DNA of 64,000 bases, taken from an uncultured Gemmatimonadales bacterium. Its GTDB lineage: Bacteria > Gemmatimonadota > Gemmatimonadetes > Gemmatimonadales > GWC2-71-9. Location of the stretch: NCBI GenBank assembly GCA_963771275.1, contig CAVYSW010000010.1, positions 128,001-192,000 on the forward strand, given 5' to 3'. Below are positions 1-9,271 of this stretch, in pieces (the stretch's first letter is position 1; every line of letters begins with the position of its first letter). The translations under genes were made by a program, and so were the position numbers. The notes beneath the pieces are model-generated. The model worked only from the letters and a program-made list of their open reading frames with translations, had not been told where the DNA came from and did no database searches.

Positions 1-276
1 GCCCTGCAGGCGCGCCGCCGCCAGACGCTGTCCCGCATGGGTGAACGCCGTGTCGATTTCGTCCGCGGCGGCGCCGCTCGCGCTGCGCCGCGCCCGCTGG
101 TGCAGGAACCACCCGATCAGGACGGCGACCGCGCCGCCCAACAGGAGCAGGCCCCCGCGGAACACCCACAGGTTCCAGCCCTTGAGCCCCAGCGCGCCGC
201 CGAGCCACCACACGAGCAGGGCGAACACGCCGTACACGGAGAGCGTAGGTAGCGCGGACCTCACCGAGCGTTGCAT
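1..276 (-). CDS. tssM: T6SS membrane complex protein TssM/IcmF, N-terminal part (runs off left edge)
   Basis: Not in the ORF track. Manual translation from ATG at 276: MQRSVRSALPTLSVYGVFALLVWWLGG...LLLLGGAVAVLIGWFL...DEIDTAFTHAGQRLAAARLQG. Two TM helices, directly downstream of tssL, matching the TssM N-terminus in position and topology. Confidence 0.7.
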   Translation of the reverse strand, partial: MQRSVRSALPTLSVYGVFALLVWWLGGALGLKGWNLWVFRGGLLLLGGAVAVLIGWFLHQRARRSASGAAADEIDTAFTHAGQRLAAARLQG

Positions 277-283
277 GGTGGTC

Positions 284-979
284 TCAGCTCCCCATGCCGG
301 CCAGCCGGGAGATGCCGGAGCGCAGCGACAGGGCGTAGAGCGCGAACAGCAGCAGCGCGAGCCCGAACGCCGCCAGAGCCGACCACTTGAGCCGCGGGAG
401 CCACCGGTCGGGCGTCACCTCGGGGCGCTCGCCTGGCGGCAGGCGCCACGCGGCGGCGAGGTCCGTCGTGGTCCCCCGAATGCGCTGGATCTTCTCGTCG
501 GTCGCGGTCATCAGCGCCTGGATGTCTCCCCCGCCCCCGGCGCTGTACTGCCCGCGGAAGCCGAGGATCAGACACAGTTGATAGACCTCGAGCACGTCGG
601 CGATGTCGTCGGAGTTCTCGCGCGCGAGCAGCCCGCGGAGATTCTCGAAGAACGTGCGGCCGCCCATGTGGTCGCCGAAGACCTCTTCCTGCAGCGGCAT
701 CCGCGGCCACTCCGCGAAGGCCGGCAGGCTGGAGGTGAGCACGGCTTCGTCGAGATACACGACGAACGCGTACACGGCCAGGCCGACCTCGGTCCCGCCG
801 TACCCCAGCTGTCGTGCCTCGCGATCGGCCTGCGCGATCAGCTGCTTCGCGTGGTTGCGGAATGCCGTGGCATCGGCCGCCACGTCGCGCCCGGCGCGGA
901 GCCGCGCGCCCGCCGTGAACGCTTCCTGCAACCGCAGGGCGAGCTGGCCGCGGCGGCCGGCTGGACGCGGGTCGCTCAT
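284..979 (-). CDS. tssL: T6SS DotU/TssL family protein (single C-terminal TM, no OmpA domain)
   Basis: Motifs YAFVVYLDEAVL, W..MPLQEEVFGDHMGG.TFF and VLEVYQLCLILGFRGQY are typical of DotU. Confidence 0.93.
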   Translation of the reverse strand: MSDPRPAGRRGQLALRLQEAFTAGARLRAGRDVAADATAFRNHAKQLIAQADREARQLGYGGTEVGLAVYAFVVYLDEAVLTSSLPAFAEWPRMPLQEEVFGDHMGGRTFFENLRGLLARENSDDIADVLEVYQLCLILGFRGQYSAGGGGDIQALMTATDEKIQRIRGTTTDLAAAWRLPPGERPEVTPDRWLPRLKWSALAAFGLALLLFALYALSLRSGISRLAGMGS

Positions 980-1012
980 CGCGGGGCGCGCCGCGCGGGC
1001 GGCGCCGATCGA

Positions 1013-2356
1013 TCAGAGAACGGCAAGGACGTTGAGCTCCTTCACGCGGGTGGCGTCAGGGGTGTAGATCCCGATCTCGCTCGACTGCACAATGGCCTGC
1101 CAGCACGGTCCATCCAGCGTCACCGCGAAATAGTGATGCTGGCTGCGCACCGGTATCTCCGCCGGCGGCACGGGGAGGTGCGTGAGCCCCAGGGCCGGCA
1201 GGCCTTCCTTCACCAACCGCACGATGTGGCGGGCCGAGCAGACTTTCAGCAGGCGCGGCAGCTGGACGGCCGCGTTGGGGTCGGGTGACTCGAGCGCCAC
1301 CTCCAGCACCCAGCGCGCGGGGTGAAGGGCGCGGTTGTCCCCCACCGTGCCCGTGAACAGAAACTCGCGGGAGCGCGTGAGCGGGACGGTCACGTACCGG
1401 CTGGGCGCCACGACCTCGAGGTTCGCGCGGATCCACCGGTCCAGCTCCGTGAAGCACTTCTCCAGGTGGTCGTGGTCGTACACGGGCAGGTCGCGCGGAC
1501 TGGTATCGAGCGTGAACGTGCACAGCGCGCCCGCCAGGCGGGCGAGGTCGGTGTAGACCTGCTCGGGGCTGGAGCGGCGTGAGGTCAGATGGTGGCGCAG
1601 GGGCCCGAGGCTCGAGTGGATGGTATGCAGCATCCACAGCCGGGCAACCTGTTGCGCCGGATCCGCGGCGTCCGAGCCGCCTTCCCGCCGGGTGCCGGCC
1701 AGGGCGTCGCTCTGCGCCGTCAGGATGTCGGTCAGGCGGGCCAGCAGGTCGATGATCCGGCGGCTCGCGCCGATCTGGAGACATGGCGGGATGTACTCCA
1801 GATCGTACACGAAGTGCCCCGACCCGTCCCGCTTGACGCGGGCGATCGGCAGCTGGATCGCATCCGTGTCGCGCTCCGATTCGAGCACCAGCGCAAAGTT
1901 CTTCCGGCCGACGCGCACGACCTGGCGTCCGACCCCGGTCGTCTCGTCGCTGACCGCCTCGTCCTCCCCGACGTATCGCACCCCCTCGGACTCGCCGGCC
2001 TCCATCGCGCAGTTGCGGCTGCCGTCCCGGTAGGGGGGCACGACCAGCATCACGACACGGCTTTGCTCGGTGGGCAGGAACAGCTCGCGGATGTCGCGCG
2101 AGGCGGGCACCGGATCGCTGTCCGGGAAATGAAACGCCAGGCCGTCCGGCATCACGCCCCGGGCGTGCACCAGCGCGACGACACCGTTGTGCAGGGCGTC
2201 CGCGTCCAGCTCACAGCCCAGCAGCCCGTACGGAGTCGGGAACAGGTGCTGGAGGGCGAAGCCGATCGCGTTCTCGAAATACCGGTTCTGGGCCTGGAAG
2301 TGATGCTGGGCGAGATGCATCCCCTCGCTCCAGACCAGCCGCGACAACGGTCTCAT
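1013..2356 (-). CDS. tssK: T6SS baseplate protein TssK (paralog 1)
   Basis: N-terminal LVWSEGMHLAQHHFQAQNRY, ARGVMPDG, YIPPCL, P.YDHDHL..CF, LPALGLTHLPVPP. Confidence 0.93.
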   Translation of the reverse strand: MRPLSRLVWSEGMHLAQHHFQAQNRYFENAIGFALQHLFPTPYGLLGCELDADALHNGVVALVHARGVMPDGLAFHFPDSDPVPASRDIRELFLPTEQSRVVMLVVPPYRDGSRNCAMEAGESEGVRYVGEDEAVSDETTGVGRQVVRVGRKNFALVLESERDTDAIQLPIARVKRDGSGHFVYDLEYIPPCLQIGASRRIIDLLARLTDILTAQSDALAGTRREGGSDAADPAQQVARLWMLHTIHSSLGPLRHHLTSRRSSPEQVYTDLARLAGALCTFTLDTSPRDLPVYDHDHLEKCFTELDRWIRANLEVVAPSRYVTVPLTRSREFLFTGTVGDNRALHPARWVLEVALESPDPNAAVQLPRLLKVCSARHIVRLVKEGLPALGLTHLPVPPAEIPVRSQHHYFAVTLDGPCWQAIVQSSEIGIYTPDATRVKELNVLAVL

Positions 2357-2580
2357 CGTGCTCTTTCAGGCTCCGGAGCGAGGGTGCGTCGTGCGCGGCG
2401 GCCGGGCGGGCCCGCCGCCGCCGAAGGGCGCCCGCAGACGGGGCCCGGTCTCGGGGCCGCATTTGCGTACGTCGCATGGCGTCCGCTATGATAACACGTG
2501 CTTCCGATATTATGCGGTCCCGCCCCGGCAGCAGCAACCGTCCCGGGGGAGTTGACGCGCACACAGGGAGTCCGACGGCG

Positions 2581-4200
2581 ATGACCGGCGCCGAGTTCCA
2601 GGCCCGCTACCAGCTCCTCGCGGAGATCGCGACCGGGGCGGTGCGAACGCTGATGGCCCGCGATGCACAGGGCGTGCTCGTCATGGCCCACTTTCTCGGG
2701 CCGGCGGTGGGCGAAGGCACGCAGCGCCTCATCGCCGCGGACCGGCTCCCGGCTCAGGCCCGCGGGGTCCTGCTCGAGCGGTGCGTCGTGGATGGCCACG
2801 TCGTGCTGATCACGCGGGTGCTCGATGGCTTCGTGGATTTCGGCTCCTGGCTGCGGGCCCAGGGGGGCACGGCCGCGCCCGTGGTCCAGCCACCGGCCGT
2901 GACCCAGCCGACCCCGGTCGCCCCGGCTCGCGAGATGCCACCGACCCCGCCGGCGCCCGAGGTGGCTGCGCCGCCCGCCCCGCCGGCCCCGCCCGCGAGC
3001 GGCGAGTTCACGCAGATGTTCGGGCGCCCCGGGGGGGCGGCCGCCGCGCCACCGCAGGCGACGGCACCAGCGCCGGCGGCCGCCACCGTGCGGCTGCCGA
3101 CGGTGGAGCGATCCGCCACGCCGCCGCCGGTGACGCCGTCTCCCCCGACCGTTCCCTCGGCACCCCAAGCCGGCGAGTTCTCGCAACTGTTCGGTGCACC
3201 GCAGATCCCTGTGCCGCCGCCCGTTGCGCCCCCCATCTCTCCGACGCCGCCGGAGGCCGCCGAAACCGTGCGGCTGCCGACCGTCGAGCGGACCGTCGAG
3301 CCTCCGGCGGCGCACGGTGGCGAGTTCACCCAGCTGTTTGGCGCGCCAAGCGTCCCGAAGCCTCCTGCGGGGCCGCCGGCTGCTGCGCGGCCGGCGCCGG
3401 AGCCTCCGCGAGCCGGGCCGCCGGTTGGGCAGGGGCCGCCCCCGCCTCCCCCACAGCCCTCGGTGCCGCCCCCCGCCCCGGTCGCGATGCCGCCCGCCGC
3501 GACGCCGCGTTCGGGTCCGCGCATTATGTGGAAGGGCGCCGCGGCGCCGCCACCCGTCGCGCCGCCATCAGCCCCCGTCGCGCCCGAGCCGCCCCGCCCG
3601 GCACCGCCGGCGGCCGCGCCGGCGGCCCCGCCCCCGCGACCCCCGGCGCCACCCCCCCGACCTCCGGCTCCGCCGCCCCGGCCCGTCGCCCCCCCTGCTC
3701 GGCAGGACGCCCCGGGTGAGTTCACCAAGCTGTTCGGCGCACCGAGCGACGGGAGCCCCACCGCACCGCCGCCGCGGCCCGCGCAGGCGGCCGGCGAGCC
3801 GCCGTTCGGTCGGGGGGGCCGCGACTATCGGGATGCGCTCGATAGCCTGCATCGGCCGCTCGACGAGCGGCCCGCGCCGGAGCCGCCGCGCGCGCCGCCA
3901 CCCAGACCGCCCATGGAGCCCGAGTTCCCCAGAGACCTCCCTCCCGGGTTCCCGCGCGACCCGCTGCCTCCGGTGGCCCCCCCGGCGGCCGAGCGCCCGC
4001 CCGTGGGCCTGTCGCCGGGCGGTTTCACGCAGGTCATTGCCGGCAGGTCCCAGGCAAAGCTGGGCGATGCCGCGGCCGAGTCGGCGATGGGCCAGCCCGC
4101 GGCGGAAGCCCCGCCGGGCATGCCGCGCTGGCTCGTGATCTCGTTGGTGGTGATCGGGGTGCTCGCGCTCGTCCTGATCGTCGCGATCGCGGTGTTCTAG
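2581..4200 (+). CDS. Pro-rich membrane-anchored protein with degenerate kinase N-lobe-like domain and GEFTxxFG repeats
   Basis: ORF 2476..4200; probable ATG at 2581 after GGGAG. About 100-aa globular N-terminus, long Pro/Ala region with 4-5 repeats, C-terminal TM helix (WLVISLVVIGVLALVLIVAIAVF). Confidence 0.7.
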   Translation: MTGAEFQARYQLLAEIATGAVRTLMARDAQGVLVMAHFLGPAVGEGTQRLIAADRLPAQARGVLLERCVVDGHVVLITRVLDGFVDFGSWLRAQGGTAAPVVQPPAVTQPTPVAPAREMPPTPPAPEVAAPPAPPAPPASGEFTQMFGRPGGAAAAPPQATAPAPAAATVRLPTVERSATPPPVTPSPPTVPSAPQAGEFSQLFGAPQIPVPPPVAPPISPTPPEAAETVRLPTVERTVEPPAAHGGEFTQLFGAPSVPKPPAGPPAAARPAPEPPRAGPPVGQGPPPPPPQPSVPPPAPVAMPPAATPRSGPRIMWKGAAAPPPVAPPSAPVAPEPPRPAPPAAAPAAPPPRPPAPPPRPPAPPPRPVAPPARQDAPGEFTKLFGAPSDGSPTAPPPRPAQAAGEPPFGRGGRDYRDALDSLHRPLDERPAPEPPRAPPPRPPMEPEFPRDLPPGFPRDPLPPVAPPAAERPPVGLSPGGFTQVIAGRSQAKLGDAAAESAMGQPAAEAPPGMPRWLVISLVVIGVLALVLIVAIAVF

Positions 4201-5570
4201 CGTCCGCGCGTGGCTTCGCGCTGCGGCTCCGGCAGCAGGATCACCAGCTCCAGCTCCACGTCGGGAAGATCGGCCGGGGCGTAGACCGCGACGTTGCGGG
4301 CGAGCGCGATGCCATCCCAGTCGGTCCCCTGCCGGTTCAACTCGAAATACTGGAAGTCGAGCTTCACCGGGATGGCGGAGGGTGGCTGGACGACGTGCGT
4401 CAGCTCCACGCCGGGCAGTGCCTGCTTGATCAGCCGCTCGAGCCGGTCCGCCGCGCTCAGCTTGAGCAGGCGCGGGGCGCGCCGCACGTCGGCCACCTTG
4501 GCGCTCGAGCGCACCGCGAGGAACATCTGCGGTGCCTGGAGGTAGCGGTCGTCGTCCAGCGCGGTCGCGTAGACCGACGGCGACACCAGGCGGAGCGGCA
4601 GGGACACGCAGCGCTCCGGCACCACCGTGGCCAGCAGCTCGCGGAGCTGCTCGTCCAGCGTGGTGAAGCATCCGGCCAGGTCGGTGTGGTCATACGCCGG
4701 CAGATCGCGCGGGTGAATCCGGCCGGAAAACGTCGTGAGCGCGCCCGCGAGCCCCATCATTGCCTCGTACAGTGCCGCCGGATGCGCGTGCCGCTGCTCC
4801 AGCAGATGCCGGGCCATCGGCAGATGCGAGTTCACCGTGTAGAGCAGCCAGAAGCTCGCGACGTCGCCGACGCCGAACTCGGCGAGGCTCTGCTTGCGCT
4901 GGCGGCGCCCGCCCGCGATCGTCGCGCTCTTGGCCGACAGCACTTCGACCAGCCGGCGTACCATCGCGACGAGGTACTCGCTGGCCGAGAAGTCGATCAG
5001 CGGCGGCACGAAGTGGGGGTCGAGCTCGTAGTCGCCGGTGGGGAGCCGGCGGACCCGCGCCACGGGGAGCGCGGAGCTTCCCTCGAGCGACTCACCGCCC
5101 ACCAGAATGCGGAAGTTCTTCCGCGCCACCATCACCGGCTTCTCCGACAGGCCCGTGTTCTCGTCCCGCCGCGTCACGACCTCGGCGCGGTAGCGCGTGC
5201 CGGCTTCCAGCTCGGCGGTCGCCACGTTGTGCCCGCCGACCCGGTATTCCGGAATCGTCAGGTGCACGTCCAGCGTCTGCTGGTCGGGGTCCCAGCATTC
5301 CTTGAGCGGTCGGGGGGGCGGCGCGGCATCCGCGCCCGGAATGTCGAACGACAGCCCGTCCGGGAACACGCCGGCGGCGGCGGTGAGCGCCAACGATCCG
5401 GCGGCGAGCTCCTCGCGGTTGATATCGAGCCGGTGGAATCCCCACGGGAAGAACGTCAGCCCGGCAAGCCGGAAGCTCAGCAGATCCTCCAGGTAGCGAT
5501 CCTGAATCTGCAGGTGCTGGGGAGTAAGCAGCACACCCTTGGACCAGAGAACCGGCTGCAGTTGGCGCAT
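4197..5570 (-). CDS. tssK: T6SS baseplate protein TssK (paralog 2)
   Basis: Start trimmed to ATG 5570: MRQLQPVLWSKGVLLTPQHLQIQDRY; also GVFPDG, FVPPLI, PAYDHTDLAGCF, ALPGVELTHV..PP.AIPVK..FQYFEL. Confidence 0.93.
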   Translation of the reverse strand: MRQLQPVLWSKGVLLTPQHLQIQDRYLEDLLSFRLAGLTFFPWGFHRLDINREELAAGSLALTAAAGVFPDGLSFDIPGADAAPPPRPLKECWDPDQQTLDVHLTIPEYRVGGHNVATAELEAGTRYRAEVVTRRDENTGLSEKPVMVARKNFRILVGGESLEGSSALPVARVRRLPTGDYELDPHFVPPLIDFSASEYLVAMVRRLVEVLSAKSATIAGGRRQRKQSLAEFGVGDVASFWLLYTVNSHLPMARHLLEQRHAHPAALYEAMMGLAGALTTFSGRIHPRDLPAYDHTDLAGCFTTLDEQLRELLATVVPERCVSLPLRLVSPSVYATALDDDRYLQAPQMFLAVRSSAKVADVRRAPRLLKLSAADRLERLIKQALPGVELTHVVQPPSAIPVKLDFQYFELNRQGTDWDGIALARNVAVYAPADLPDVELELVILLPEPQREATRGR

Positions 5571-5662
5571 GAGGCGATAACCTAGCGCCGGAGGGCATGA
5601 AGTCCAGTCTGGCGTGCCGTCGGGCTGGCGCGTGCCCCCGAGGGCTGACATGTTTCCGCGGC

Positions 5663-7140
5663 ATGCCGTCGCGCGCTGAAGTCCATCTCGATGCGGGGGT
5701 TGCGCCCCGGCCCGACTCGCCCGGCGCTCCGCTCCCCGATCAGCTGCTGCCGATCGCGCTGGTCGGCGACTTCAGCGGCCGCACGCATCGTGGCCCGGTG
5801 GTCGTCGGGCCGCCCCTGGAGGAGCGGCGGCCCGTGCGGGTCGATCGCGACACGCTGGACCAGGGGCTTGCGCACTTCGCGCCGGAGGTCCCGCTCGCGC
5901 TTGGGGGCACGGCGGCGGACGCGGCCGTGCGATTCTCGGCGCTCGACGATTTCCACCCGGATGCGCTGCTCGCGCGGTTACCGGTGTTTGCCATGCTGCG
6001 GTCCATGCGCGAGCCCGCGGGCGAGCGCGGTGGGGGGGGACGGCGGACCCCGGCGCGCCCGTCGCGCCTCCGAGCCCGCTCGACCTGGTGCATCAGGGTG
6101 ACCTGCTGAGCCGTGCGGTCGCCGCGACGCTGGGGGAGTCGGGAGGGGGTGCCGACCCGCTGCAGGCGTTCGTGCGGCGGCTGGTGGCGCCGCATCTCGT
6201 GCGGGAGGCCGGGCCCGCGGAGCGCGTCTGGCGAGCGCAGGTGGACGCCACCGCCGGCGCGTTGCTGCGCGAGATCCTCCACGGTCCCGGCATCCGCGCG
6301 CTCGAAGCGCTGTGGCGCGCGGTCGACTTCCTGGTGCGCCGGGTCGACAGTGATGCCGAGCCCCCGTTCTATCTCGTGGACGTGAGCCAGCCGGAAGCCG
6401 CCGCGGACTTGGCGGCGGCCGGCCGTGTCGAGGACACGGCGCTGGTCCGGCTGCTCGGCGGTCCCCCGGGCGGGCGCTGGGGCGCGATCGTCAGCGACTT
6501 CTCGTTTGGCGCGGACCCGAACGACGCGATCCTGGCCGGGCGTCTGGCGGCGCTCGCCCGATCGGCCGGCGCGCCGTGGCTGGCCGCGGCAAGCCCGGCG
6601 CTCGCGGGCTGCCCGTCGCTGGTGGATCATCCCGATCCCGCCGCATGGGACCGGGCGGTTCCCGCGGCATGGGGCATGCTCCGCCGGCAACGGGAGGCGG
6701 CCTGGCTGGGGCTGGCGCTGCCGCGGTTCCTGCTGCGCCTGCCGTACGGTCCTGACACCGAGCCGTGCGCGCTACGCGACTGGCGGGAGACGACCGAGCC
6801 GCCGCGGCATGATCAGTATCTCTGGGGCAACCCCGCCTTCGCCTGTGCCTTGCTCCTGGCAGGGCGTCTCGGGCCGGGTGGAACCTGGCGTACCCCTGGT
6901 GGGGTACTCGACATCGGAGATCTCCCGCTGCACCTCAGCGCGGCGGATGGAGAAACCCGTGCGCAGCCCTGCGCCGAGGTGCTGCTGTCGGAGCGGGCGG
7001 CGCACCGGCTGCTCGACGCTGGCCTCATGCCACTCGTGTCGCTCAAGGACCGCGATGCCGTACGGCTGCTGCGGTTCCAGTCGTTTGCGGAGCCCGCGGC
7101 GCCGCTTGCCGGACCGTGGGGTGGTGCCGGGCGCGCTTGA
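5663..7140 (+). pseudogene. TssB-TssC-like sheath fusion protein, split by a frameshift at a G8 tract (6032-6039)
   Basis: 5' ORF is TssB-like (IALVGDFSGR...FSALDDFHPDALL..LPVF). 3' ORF is TssC-like (ALEALWRAVDFL, LALPRFLLRLPYG, YLWGNPAF, AEVLLSER...GLMPL). One extra G joins them through the linker GGTADPGAPVAPPSPLDL. Confidence 0.75.
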
Positions 7141-7165
7141 CAGTGCCGCACGGCAGGCATATTAG
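7137..7165 (+). promoter_or_regulatory. Putative sigma70-type promoter of the tssB operon with a palindrome in the spacer
   Basis: TTGACA (7137-7142), 17 nt spacer, TATTAG (7160-7165); spacer contains the inverted repeat TGCCG-ca-CGGCA (7144-7155). Confidence 0.45.
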
Positions 7166-7211
7166 GTGAGGACGGAGTTGCCCTGATCCCAAGTCGCCGC
7201 AGGAGTCGCCG

Positions 7212-7745
7212 ATGCCCAAGGAAAGCGTACACAAGAAGCTGGAGCGGGTTCGCCCGCCACGGGTGAACATCACCTACGACGTCGAAGTCGGGGACGCGAT
7301 CGAGACCAAGGAACTCCCGTTCGTCATGGGAGTATTCGCCGATCTCACGGGTCAGCCCACCGAGCCGTTGCCCAAGCTCAAGGACCGCAAGTTCGTCGAG
7401 GTCACGCTCGACAACTTCGACGACGTGCTGAAGCGGATGCAGCCGCACCTCACGCTGGCGGTCGAGAACAAGCTCAGTGACGAGGCCAACGCCGGGAAGA
7501 TGGCCGTGGATCTCACGTTCGAGGGCCTCGACGACTTCCGGCCCGACCGCGTCGCGGGGCGGGTGGAGCCGCTGAAGAAGCTGCTCGACCTGCGCACGCA
7601 GCTGGGCGATCTGCGCGGGAAGCTGCAGGGCAACGACAAGCTCGACGATCTGCTGCAGAAGTCGCTGACGGACGCGGAGAAGCGCAAGCAGCTCAAGGGC
7701 GAGCTGGATGCGGAGGGCGGCTCCGAGGGAGGGAAGGATGGCTAA
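7212..7745 (+). CDS. tssB: T6SS contractile sheath small subunit TssB/VipA
   Basis: RVRPPRVNITYDVE, ELPFVMGVFADL, KDRKFVEV..DNFD, DDFRPD; RBS AGGAG. Confidence 0.97.
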   Translation: MPKESVHKKLERVRPPRVNITYDVEVGDAIETKELPFVMGVFADLTGQPTEPLPKLKDRKFVEVTLDNFDDVLKRMQPHLTLAVENKLSDEANAGKMAVDLTFEGLDDFRPDRVAGRVEPLKKLLDLRTQLGDLRGKLQGNDKLDDLLQKSLTDAEKRKQLKGELDAEGGSEGGKDG

Positions 7746-9228
7746 GGGGAAGGAACAGGAGCAGGCGCAAGCTGCCGCTGCGCAGCCGACCGAGCTCGGG
7801 CTGCTCGACCAGATCGTCGAGCAGGGGCGCTTCGGGAAGGACACCGCCGCGCGGGAGCGCGGGCGCGACATGGTGAAGCAGTTCGTGGCCGAGGTGCTCG
7901 AGGGGACCATTACCATGGCCGCGGACACCGAGGCCATGCTCAACGCCCGGATCGCGCAGATCGATCAGATCATCTCGCGCCAGGTCAACGCGATCGTCCA
8001 CGCGCCCGAGTTCCAGAAGCTCGAGGCCACGTGGCGCGGGCTGCGCTACATGCTCGAGCAGTCCGAGACGAGCGAGATGCTCAAGATCAAGGTGATGAAC
8101 GTCACCAAGAAGGACCTGCTCGACGACCTGCGGCGCGCCCCCGAATTCGATCAGAGCGCGATGTTCAAGAAGGTGTATGAGGAGGAATATGGCGTGTTCG
8201 GCGGCTCCCCGTTCGGGGCGCTGCTGGGTGACTACGAGTTCTCCAAGACGGGCCAGGACATGGAGCTCCTGGAGAAGATCGCGCAGGTGTCCGCGGCGTC
8301 GCACGCGCCGTTCCTCACCAGTGCGTCCAACGAGATGTTCGGGCTGGAGAGCTTCACCAAGCTCGACGCGCCGCGGGATCTGGCCAAGGTGTTCGACAGC
8401 ACGGAATACGCCAAATGGAAGGCGTTCCGGGAGAGCGAGGACTCGCGCTACATCGCCCTCGCCTTGCCGCGGATGCTGCTGCGTGAGCCGTACGGCAACG
8501 CCACCGTGCCGCTCGACGCGTTCCAGTACGAGGAGGAAGTCGATGGCGAGGAGCACGACAAGTACCTGTGGGGCAACGCGGCGTGGGCCCTGGGCTCGCG
8601 CGTGACCCAGGCCTTCGCCAAGTACGGCTGGTGCGCCACGATCCGTGGGGTCGAGAGCGGTGGTCTGGTCGAGGGGCTGCCCGTGCATACCTTCCGCACC
8701 GACGCCGGCGACGTCGCGATGAAGTGCCCCACCGAGACGCCGATCACGGACCGGCGGGAGAAGGAGCTGGCGGATTTGGGGTTCGCCCCGCTGGTGCACT
8801 GCAAGGGCACGGCGAACGCGGCCTTCTTCTCGGTGCAGTCGGCGCAGAAGCCCAAGGTGTATCAGTCCGATGCCGCGACGGCCAACGCCCGCATCTCGGC
8901 GCAGCTGCCCTACATCTTCGCCGTCTCGCGCTTCGCGCACTATCTCAAGTCGATGATGCGCGACAAGATCGGCGGCTACATGTCGAAGGACGAGGCCCAG
9001 TCGTTCCTCAACCGCTGGATCACCAATTATGTGGTGGGCAATGACGACGCCCCGATGGGAGTCAAGGCCAAACGGCCGCTCCGCGAAGCGCGCATCGAGG
9101 TGCAGGAAGTGGCCGGCAAGCCCGGCGCCTACCGCGCGGTCGCGTACCTCCGGCCGCACTTCCAGTTGGACGAGATCAGTGTCTCGATGCGCCTGGTGGC
9201 GGATTTGCCGGCTCCAGCGCAGGGCTGA
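7738..9228 (+). CDS. tssC: T6SS contractile sheath large subunit TssC/VipB
   Basis: ATG 7738 overlapping the tssB end; FQKLEATWRGL, KKVYEEEYGVFGG.PFG, LPRMLLREPYG, LPYIFAVSRFAHYLK, LRPHFQL. Confidence 0.97.
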   Translation: MAKGKEQEQAQAAAAQPTELGLLDQIVEQGRFGKDTAARERGRDMVKQFVAEVLEGTITMAADTEAMLNARIAQIDQIISRQVNAIVHAPEFQKLEATWRGLRYMLEQSETSEMLKIKVMNVTKKDLLDDLRRAPEFDQSAMFKKVYEEEYGVFGGSPFGALLGDYEFSKTGQDMELLEKIAQVSAASHAPFLTSASNEMFGLESFTKLDAPRDLAKVFDSTEYAKWKAFRESEDSRYIALALPRMLLREPYGNATVPLDAFQYEEEVDGEEHDKYLWGNAAWALGSRVTQAFAKYGWCATIRGVESGGLVEGLPVHTFRTDAGDVAMKCPTETPITDRREKELADLGFAPLVHCKGTANAAFFSVQSAQKPKVYQSDAATANARISAQLPYIFAVSRFAHYLKSMMRDKIGGYMSKDEAQSFLNRWITNYVVGNDDAPMGVKAKRPLREARIEVQEVAGKPGAYRAVAYLRPHFQLDEISVSMRLVADLPAPAQG

Positions 9229-9271
9229 CGCAGCCAGGTATTCCACGCGGACTTGACCAAGGAGGGGTCCA

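Noticed and set aside
2900..4050. DNA repeats as a CRISPR array or mobile element
   Set aside because: The repeats are short, irregularly spaced and in-frame coding motifs; there are no cas or transposase genes.
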